A stretch of DNA of 64,000 nt, taken from positions 53,887 to 117,886 of IMG/VR virus record IMGVR_UViG_3300002835_000047, one strand, 5' to 3'. Origin of the DNA: a virus. Positions 58,431 through 64,000 of this stretch are shown one piece after another (the first letter of the stretch is position 1; each line of letters starts with the position of its first letter). The notes under the pieces were generated by a model, which was not told where the DNA came from, made no database searches, and was given only the letters and a program-made list of their open reading frames with translations. Made by a program: the position numbers and the translations under genes.

Positions 58431-60158
58431 TTATTTTACTTTTTTAGTTGGAATTAGAACCGTAACATCTCCCTCTTTAATTAATTCCCAATTATAGTCA
58501 CTAGTAAGGTAAAATGCACGAAGATTAGTTTTTGTACTAGAATCCCTAACTTGAATAAAATTCTTGTGTAACCCAAGCAAATCAGCTACATTAGATGAAA
58601 CAATACCATCACATCCGTGTTTGTTTACATACTTCGAGAAATCAAAGTACTTACTTTCTTCAGGGAAGCATTCAGGGTGATTTGCTTTGATTTTTGGCTT
58701 CCAATCCCAACAAGCTAAGTCGTGCAGTTCACGAATTGCTTCATCGGTGGTCGTTCCATCCAACTTAAAGTGATTAATAATGTACTCTCTTTGTTCTACA
58801 GTAGCTGCCTCATAATACTGGTTGAGTAATGTACGAGAGATTTGGATTGTTTTTACTTCAGGTTTTGACATAGGTTTTGAATTTGTGATTTGACGAAATT
58901 GTTCTAGAGTAATTTCTTTATAATCTTTATACTCATCGCGGCCCCTAAGTGCAGTGATGTCATCAGCATAATAATAACTATTATCGCTGTGATGTTTTGA
59001 AAGTAAGACTTGTCCAATTTTAGGAGTGTTGCACCTATTAGAGGTAGCAACTTTTTGTCTCCAATCTTCGAGTTCTTTTTTGTTCTCTCCGGTTATTTCA
59101 ATATACCATTTTTCTGGATGTGTGCTCATATGTTTTGTATTTGTAATCTGAAGGAATTGTTCAAGTGTGATTTTTTCATAACTAGGATGAATTTTATTAA
59201 ATTGACATTCTGTATCACACCAATAGTGACTGTCATCTTTTGGGTGATTAGAAAGAACTAAATGGGTATCAAGCAAATTTCTGCCTTTCCAACCGCTTTT
59301 TTCAACTTGTTCTAACCACCAAGGTTTTATGTCAGCATAGTTCTCGGCAGTTAATGGAATATACCATTTATCTGGATGTTTACTAATAGGATTTGTATTT
59401 GTGATTTGACGGAATTGTTCTAATGTGATTTCTTGGTAGTCATTGTAATTTCCGCTGTCCCTAACTTGTTCTGCATTACCGCAGTAATAATAAGTGCTGT
59501 CTAATTTATGCTTTGAAAGCAATGTTTGCCCTGCTCTAAGCTTGTAGTCTCGAAAAGAGGTGCATTGGTCTGACCTCCAACGGCTGAGTTCTTCTTTGTT
59601 CTCTTCCGTTACTTCAATGTACCAATCTGTGGGTAGTGTGTTCATAGAGTTTTGGGTTTGGTTTGTTGTGATTTGACGGAATTGTTCAATAGTGATTAGT
59701 TTGTATTCCGGATGTTTATATTCAATAGTCCATTTGGCATCTTTTAACCAAAAATAACTACCATCATCTGCTGGATGACTGGATAAAAGACTTGCACCAG
59801 GGATAAATTTAGAGTCCCACCGTTCAGCATCTACTGTCCTTTTACTTAACCTCCAACTATTGAGTTCTTCAATGTTTTCGTCCGTGACTGCAATATACCA
59901 ATGTTCAGGCAATGAATTTATGATTATCCTAAATTCTTCAAGTGTAATTTTTTGGTAAGATGGATGATCTGTATTTAAACTTTCTTCAGAACCACCCCAA
60001 AAATAACTATCATCATTTGGATGTTCAGATAAAAGAAGTGAACTATATGGTAATTTTGGCCAGTCTGTATATTGTGTATGCTGTTTCCACCATGCTTCTA
60101 GTTCAGCAAAATTATTTTCATTTACAGGAATATACCATTTTTGTTTATTTTTTCTCAT
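58431..60158 (-). CDS. Protein of five tandem ~85 aa repeats plus a distinct C-terminal domain
   Basis: Repeat consensus WYI.V..EN..EL..W...LLS.H..D.SY(Y/F)...Y..ITLEQFRQITN. Confidence 0.85.
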   Translation of the reverse strand: MRKNKQKWYIPVNENNFAELEAWWKQHTQYTDWPKLPYSSLLLSEHPNDDSYFWGGSEESLNTDHPSYQKITLEEFRIIINSLPEHWYIAVTDENIEELNSWRLSKRTVDAERWDSKFIPGASLLSSHPADDGSYFWLKDAKWTIEYKHPEYKLITIEQFRQITTNQTQNSMNTLPTDWYIEVTEENKEELSRWRSDQCTSFRDYKLRAGQTLLSKHKLDSTYYYCGNAEQVRDSGNYNDYQEITLEQFRQITNTNPISKHPDKWYIPLTAENYADIKPWWLEQVEKSGWKGRNLLDTHLVLSNHPKDDSHYWCDTECQFNKIHPSYEKITLEQFLQITNTKHMSTHPEKWYIEITGENKKELEDWRQKVATSNRCNTPKIGQVLLSKHHSDNSYYYADDITALRGRDEYKDYKEITLEQFRQITNSKPMSKPEVKTIQISRTLLNQYYEAATVEQREYIINHFKLDGTTTDEAIRELHDLACWDWKPKIKANHPECFPEESKYFDFSKYVNKHGCDGIVSSNVADLLGLHKNFIQVRDSSTKTNLRAFYLTSDYNWELIKEGDVTVLIPTKKVK

Positions 60159-60191
60159 TAGTTTAAATTTTAGTTTAGTTTTAATATTTAG

Positions 60192-60265
60192 TACTCCCGA
60201 CAGGGTTTGAACCTGTGACCCCCAGATTATGAGTCTGACGCTCTGACCGGCTGAGCTACGAGAGT
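60192..60265 (-). tRNA. tRNA with CAT anticodon (elongator Met or Ile2)
   Basis: Reverse complement ACTCTCG TA GCTC AGCCGGTCA GAGC G TCAGA CT-CAT-AA TCTGG GGGTC ACAGG TTCAAAC CCTGT CGGGAGT A. Confidence 0.93.
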
Positions 60266-60273
60266 ATATTTAG

Positions 60274-60372
60274 TAATCAGAACAGGACTCGAACCTGTAT
60301 GGACACATTTTATAGTTGTTTAAGTCCAGAGCAACATAACACTCATGCGTTTACCAATTTCGCCATCTGATT
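60274..60372 (-). ncRNA. tRNA-like element A (99 nt): acceptor, D and T arms with a non-canonical insert
   Basis: AATCAGA TG GCG AAATTGGTAAA CGC [insert] ACAGG TTCGAGT CCTGT TCTGATT A. Confidence 0.85.
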
Positions 60373-60374
60373 GA

Positions 60375-60474
60375 TGCTTCTCTGTTCACACCGACCCTGT
60401 GGGTCTACAGTGACTGGTTGTTTTCATTAATAGTCTACCAGAGAAGCACTTGTTTTGTACTTGAACTATTAATG
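60375..60474 (-). ncRNA. Structured trailer with interleaved 10 bp stems (pseudoknot topology)
   Basis: 60425-60434 pairs with 60465-60474; 60375-60384 pairs with 60439-60448; internal GACCC/GGGTC hairpin. Confidence 0.6.
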
Positions 60475-60480
60475 ACCGGG

Positions 60481-60626
60481 TAGTCAGGACAGGACTCGAA
60501 CCTGTATGAAATCATCTTTGGGTACATAAATGTATTTCTACATTCAAGCTGACTTCTCACTTTGTTAGCGTCTACCATATCAAGCACATACTATTACTCT
60601 TTGTACTATCATTCCGCCACCTGACT
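60481..60626 (-). ncRNA. tRNA-like element B (146 nt), with inserts in both the D-loop and the anticodon position
   Basis: AGTCAGG TG GCG GAATG[~33 nt]GGTAGA CGC [~60 nt] ACAGG TTCGAGT CCTGT CCTGACT A. Confidence 0.85.
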
Positions 60627-60765
60627 ATTTTTTATTTTTTATGTATTTAACAACACCCAAACACTTGATTACATAAAATTCTACTAGCAACCATCTTTTT
60701 AGCTTAACCCACCAAGGGTCTTTTTCCATCTTATCCAGTATTCTCTGAAATGTTTTACTTCTCAT
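60625..60765 (-). CDS. 46 aa passenger protein (MRSKTFQRIL...)
   Basis: ATG at 60765 behind an A-rich leader; the longer annotated ORF (to 60843) reads through element C. Confidence 0.65.
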   Translation of the reverse strand: MRSKTFQRILDKMEKDPWWVKLKRWLLVEFYVIKCLGVVKYIKNKK

Positions 60766-60779
60766 ATTTATATTTTTTG

Positions 60780-60902
60780 TAGTCAGGACAGGATTCGAAC
60801 CTGTACGTTGGGGGACTTCTCTACGGGTGTAATTTTTACACATACCAACACCGTTTTCTTATTTCAGATAATCCTTGCGTTTTCCTGAAACGCCACCTGA
60901 CT
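60780..60902 (-). ncRNA. tRNA-like element C (123 nt)
   Basis: AGTCAGG TG GCG TTTCAGGAAAA CGC [~70 nt] ACAGG TTCGAAT CCTGT CCTGACT A. Confidence 0.85.
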
Positions 60903-60910
60903 ATTTGTTT

Positions 60911-61399
60911 TTATTTCCAATTGATTTTAGGACAGTATTTGTGATACTTTGCTTTCACCATCTCAACGATGATGTTGTCTGTCTTTTCATCATCGCTCTT
61001 CTTTGATTCTAAGTATTTTACTGTTGCAAAGATACCCCAAATAATGCCAACTAGGATAAGTGAAGCCCAACAAATAAGACCGACTGATATCATTATCCAA
61101 AGTAATGAACTCTTGTTAGGGATGTAAAAGAAAAGACCCAATGTTGAAATCATGCAAATAACACCAGCGATAAGGCACCAATAAGCAGTTGATGTTCCGA
61201 GCATATCACTGTATGTATCCCGACGCCTACGTTTGTAGTTGATGATTTCATAGGGCAGGGTACAAATTGCAAACAAAGGTGAAAGAATCACCGCAGTAAC
61301 CAGTTTCCAAAAGTAAGGACACAGGTTGGTTGGCATTGTGTTGGTTTTATAGAACCAACGATAGAGTTTTGCCGAGAGTGAGTTTTGGTTTAGTTTCAT
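60911..61399 (-). CDS. Membrane protein, paralog of 27016-27525
   Basis: Shared N- and C-terminal motifs. Confidence 0.8.
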   Translation of the reverse strand: MKLNQNSLSAKLYRWFYKTNTMPTNLCPYFWKLVTAVILSPLFAICTLPYEIINYKRRRRDTYSDMLGTSTAYWCLIAGVICMISTLGLFFYIPNKSSLLWIMISVGLICWASLILVGIIWGIFATVKYLESKKSDDEKTDNIIVEMVKAKYHKYCPKINWK

Positions 61400-61430
61400 T
61401 TGTTTTGGTTTAATTTGTTTTGGTTTGATT

Positions 61431-61451
61431 TGCAGTCAGGACAGGGATCGA
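61431..61451 (-). repeat. Half tRNA-like element D (3' half from the T-loop: TCGATCCCTGT CCTGACT GCA)
   Basis: Starts immediately after the TAA stop of 61452-61658. Confidence 0.8.
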
Positions 61452-61658
61452 TTAACTTTTTACGTAATTCATCATTTCTACCATTTTCTGAATCAACAAT
61501 TCCATTTCATCTTTGTTAAGATACAACTTACCATTTAATGTTTTATCATCCAACTCTTTTGTTTCAACTATGATGCCATCAAACTCATCTGTCGGATAAA
61601 TGCTTACGTTTTGTTCTTCAGTTGCAATAACTGTTTGGTGCCAAACTTTGTTTTTCAT
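61452..61658 (-). CDS. 68 aa passenger protein
   Basis: A-rich leader directly after element E. Confidence 0.7.
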   Translation of the reverse strand: MKNKVWHQTVIATEEQNVSIYPTDEFDGIIVETKELDDKTLNGKLYLNKDEMELLIQKMVEMMNYVKS

Positions 61659-61686
61659 TTGTTTTGTTTTTAGTTGATTTGATTTG

Positions 61687-61807
61687 CAGTCAGGACAGGA
61701 TTCGAACCTGTACGAGTAGTTACCTTGTTGTATCTAAGTGTGTCAGCTACTCTAGGACCACCTCATTAAAGAAACTCTTAGCGTCTAACCAATTCCGCCA
61801 CCTGACT
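61687..61807 (-). ncRNA. tRNA-like element E (121 nt)
   Basis: AGTCAGG TG GCG GAATTGGTTAGA CGC [~68 nt] ACAGG TTCGAAT CCTGT CCTGACT G. Confidence 0.85.
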
Positions 61808-61814
61808 ATATTAT

Positions 61815-61925
61815 TTACATTTCTAAATCAAAAACATATGCCACAATAATATAGGTGATAAGAAACATGCCTATAATTGATAATGTAATTGGTCTAAGAA
61901 TTTTTATACTTACTATTTTTTCCAT
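61815..61925 (-). CDS. 36 aa single-TM passenger peptide (not in ORF track)
   Basis: MEKIVSIKILRPITLSIIGMFLITYIIVAYVFDLEM; A-rich leader after element F. Confidence 0.55.
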   Translation of the reverse strand: MEKIVSIKILRPITLSIIGMFLITYIIVAYVFDLEM

Positions 61926-61941
61926 TTTATTTTTTGTTTAG

Positions 61942-62029
61942 CAGTCAGGACAGGACTCGAACCTGTGTTCAGGGACTTAAAGTAAGTAACCCTCTAAGTT
62001 TGAATGGCTGTCAATTTCGCCACCTGACT
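61942..62029 (-). ncRNA. tRNA-like element F (88 nt)
   Basis: AGTCAGG T GGC GAAATTGACA GCC [long hairpin ACTTAGAG/CTTTAAGT] ACAGG TTCGAGT CCTGT CCTGACT G. Confidence 0.85.
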
Positions 62030-62093
62030 ATTTGTAATTTTGGCTTTTCATTTAGTATCCACAGAGCCCAAATTACTAAAATGAACTGTGCTG

Positions 62094-62214
62094 TAGTCAG
62101 GGCAGGACTCGAACCTGCAATAGTACCATACTTGCTTCGGATGCCTCCTACAACAACGGATTCGAACCGTATCTCCCCATGCCTGAGGCGCTTTACCACT
62201 TTCGCCACCTGACT
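62094..62214 (-). ncRNA. tRNA-like element G (121 nt) with a nested second T-arm
   Basis: AGTCAGG TG GCG AAAGTGGTAAAG CGC [..ACGG TTCGAAT CCGT..] GCAGG TTCGAGT CCTGC CCTGACT A. Confidence 0.85.
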
Positions 62215-62215
62215 A

Positions 62216-62600
62216 TGTTGAGGATGAGAAATCCTCTGTGTTGTTAACGTTAAAATTTGTTACTCCTACATTCCTTTATCAAGGGAACAATACAATGTCT
62301 AAAAACAACCACAGTGCTACGTTTCAAGTGGCTTGTTAAGCCTTCGTAGGTACAATAAGGTGATCAACCCTCGTAAATACCCTTCATGCACTGCAGTTGT
62401 TCTAGACAAAGTATAGCACTAAGTTGTAACTGGTTCTGCGTTAAATCCCCTATTTAACTCCAGCAAAGGAGATTACAACTGCTTACCTCATATTAATACC
62501 ATTTGCACTCAGCTGTGCGGTCAGATTGTTATAGTAATAACAGAGAACTAGTAAGTTTTCATGCTAAAAGCATACTTTAACCAGTATGCCAGTGGTGTAC
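62216..62600 (-). ncRNA. Candidate large structured non-coding RNA (~390 nt)
   Basis: No ORF of 60 aa or more; many 6-8 bp inverted repeats (see findings). Strand inferred from context. Confidence 0.5.
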
Positions 62601-62606
62601 TAATTC

Positions 62607-62951
62607 TTACATTTTGTAAGATTTTAAAATTTTAACTCTTTCTGCTGCTGTAAGCCTTAAAAATAAAGCTTTGACAAAGCTAACCATTTGCTTGTTAACC
62701 TTAGTATCAATAGCACTATTTTTTGTAACTTTTACAGTTTTAGATGATTGGTACATTAAAGGTCTAATGTTTGTGTAATAACGCACAGTAACTGCACTTT
62801 TAGTACGCCTGGTTGCACGTGCAGCCATAGCTAAAGCATTACTGAGTGGTTTATTTTTGTTGCGGTTAGTAATAAAAGACATCACTAATTTCTCTTCAGC
62901 CGGTGTCCAGCTATAAGAAAGTCTTACAGGTGAGTTAACAAGATTTTTCAA
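62607..62951 (-). CDS. Myb/SANT-like helix-turn-helix protein
   Basis: WTPAEEKLV...L..A...AA...RT..AV..RYY. The likely start is TTG 62951 behind an A-rich leader; the annotated ORF extends to 63050 through hairpins. Confidence 0.6.
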   Translation of the reverse strand: MKNLVNSPVRLSYSWTPAEEKLVMSFITNRNKNKPLSNALAMAARATRRTKSAVTVRYYTNIRPLMYQSSKTVKVTKNSAIDTKVNKQMVSFVKALFLRLTAAERVKILKSYKM

Positions 62952-63195
62952 AGTTTTAGAGTTTAAAGTTATATAATTTAAATAAAAATGTAAAAGAGAA
63001 ACACACACTAAGTACACCAACGCCGCTCGTTGGCCTGCTTTTATCGTCATTATAATTTGTACCAGGTCAGAAGCATTGCGGTACTTCTGTGTTAAAGCGC
63101 CTGTACAAACCAGAGGATAGGGTCGGTAATCTTTTTCTCACAGATCCACTTAGCATGTGTAACTCTTTTATTCTGTAATGATAAATGAAACTAAA

Positions 63196-63366
63196 TTACT
63201 TATTATAGCTATTTATTAACTTATCAGCCTTGGTTTTACTTGAACAGTTCTCTACATAATAACCCTTATAATGCATACAAGTAACACCTTCATAATTAAC
63301 AAATACTTTGTCATGCTGTGCTTCATACTGTACAGGATGAAGTTTTACAACTCTACTTGTTTTCAT
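63196..63366 (-). CDS. 56 aa hypothetical protein (not in ORF track)
   Basis: MKTSRVVKLHPVQYEAQHDK... Confidence 0.55.
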   Translation of the reverse strand: MKTSRVVKLHPVQYEAQHDKVFVNYEGVTCMHYKGYYVENCSSKTKADKLINSYNK

Positions 63367-63371
63367 AATGG

Positions 63372-63479
63372 TTATATTTTGTACTTATCTTTTTTAGTTT
63401 TGGTTAGAAACCTTACAGTTAAAGCTGCGGTTGCTATTGCTGTCCAATAGACAAGCAATACAATCAGAAACTCAGTCAT
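63372..63479 (-). CDS. 35 aa single-TM peptide (not in ORF track)
   Basis: MTEFLIVLLVYWTAIATAALTVRFLTKTKKDKYKI. Confidence 0.5.
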   Translation of the reverse strand: MTEFLIVLLVYWTAIATAALTVRFLTKTKKDKYKI

Positions 63480-63721
63480 TGGATATTAAGTTTTGAAGGT
63501 TAATGTGAAAGTTATAGGCTTTACTATCATCATATACAAAGTTCATTATTAAGTTAGGTAATAACAAAATAGGTAGAGAGTGAATGCAAAACATTACTAT
63601 GTGTACAATACCGTAATAGAGAAAAATTAAGATGTATTTCATGGTTGTAGCTATATATATTTTATTGGTTTGTGATGAAAAGAAGAAGGGTTTTATTAGA
63701 GATTACTTGGGGTTGGTTATA

Positions 63722-63751
63722 CCCCTTGTTAATCAAGCACTTACGTTAAAT
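63722..63751 (+). other. dif/cer-like site (XerC-like arm, 8 bp spacer, XerD-like arm)
   Basis: CCCCTTGTTAA TCAAGCAC TTACGTTAAAT; the right arm is 10/11 identical to the E. coli dif XerD arm TTATGTTAAAT. Confidence 0.4.
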
Positions 63752-64000
63752 TAATAGTATAAAGAAAAAAAGTAAGAGTTTATGATATTTCTACCAACCG
63801 CCACTCTAAAGGACTGATTCTAATGTTTTAAGTCTAATAATCAGTTAAATTTGGACTATCCCTCTGCACTCAGTTGTAATAGGTTTAAACTAGTAATTAC
63901 TAACACATAGGAATGCCCGCTAGGACATTAAGAAGATTTATTTGCTAACTTCTCAACTCTATATGTTTCATTACTCTATTACAACTGCTCACCCTTGGGA

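Noticed and set aside
58431-60158. Diversity-generating retroelement target
   Set aside because: No reverse transcriptase or near-identical TR/VR pair is present, and the repeats differ at all base types.
60373-60480. HDV-like theta ribozyme downstream of a tRNA
   Set aside because: Only 4 nt separate the P2 5' strand from the P1 3' strand, leaving no room for P3/L3/P1.1, and the trailer does not begin with the expected G.
60481-60902. tmRNA
   Set aside because: The elements are too short, lack the G3-U70 alanine identity pair, and have a real D-stem; no tag reading frame is evident.
61664-62212. ORF-track entries 61664-61849 (+), 61934-62212 (+), 62011-62208 (-) and the 5' part of 60625-60843
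   Set aside because: They are translations of the tRNA-like elements (for example SQDRIRTC and GSNPVLT), not genes.
60274-62214. CRISPR array (conserved repeats with variable spacers)
   Set aside because: The repeats come as 5'/3' halves that pair with each other as tRNA stems, the spacing is irregular and includes whole genes, and no cas genes are visible.
60274-62214. Ordinary tRNA-Leu/Ser genes, or tRNAs with group I introns
   Set aside because: No 5 bp stem/7 nt anticodon loop can be formed or restored by a simple excision that I can see. The inserts (40-70 nt) are far too short for group I introns. The GACTTAAA in A and CTTAGA in F lack flanking stems.
63826-63850. Second dif-like site (…TAATAATCAGTTAAAT)
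   Set aside because: Only a partial GTTAAAT match with no correctly spaced arms; expected by chance in AT-rich DNA.
1-64000. Stop-codon reassignment, as in some crAss-like phages
   Set aside because: Long genes are intact in the standard code, both TAG (21185) and TGA (23755) end coupled genes, and no suppressor tRNA is present.

Overview
This is a 64 kb segment of an AT-rich (roughly 30% GC) crAss-like phage genome (Crassvirales-related, probably infecting Bacteroidota), read in the standard genetic code. Positions 1-15 kb (+) hold two giant virion proteins: a 5'-truncated, >3100 aa single-chain RNA polymerase (DFDID catalytic motif, N-terminal zincin) and an 1883 aa protein with a PD-(D/E)xK nuclease domain. 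Next come a class Ia ribonucleotide reductase pair (-) and an 18-24 kb (+) late block of small basic proteins, a u-spanin-like and a holin-like protein, and a fibre protein. From 24-47 kb (-) lies a replication, repair and nucleotide-metabolism block: PolB, primase, DnaB, SSB, Sak4-like ATPase, UDG, RusA-like, SF2 helicase, dNMP kinase, MazG-like, SPL-like radical SAM, and a MoxR-like AAA/vWA pair. From 47-64 kb (-) is a mosaic accessory region of shuffled gene modules, a GIY-YIG endonuclease and two real tRNAs (Arg-TCT, Met/Ile2-CAT). The standout is at 60.27-62.21 kb: six complete and one half 'tRNA shells'. Each keeps an acceptor stem, D-arm and T-arm, with compensatory base changes between copies, but carries a different structured insert (about 40-70 nt) where the anticodon/variable arms should be. 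The shells alternate with small passenger genes and structured trailers, and a ~390 nt structured non-coding region sits upstream. All structure and family calls were made by eye; no searches were run.
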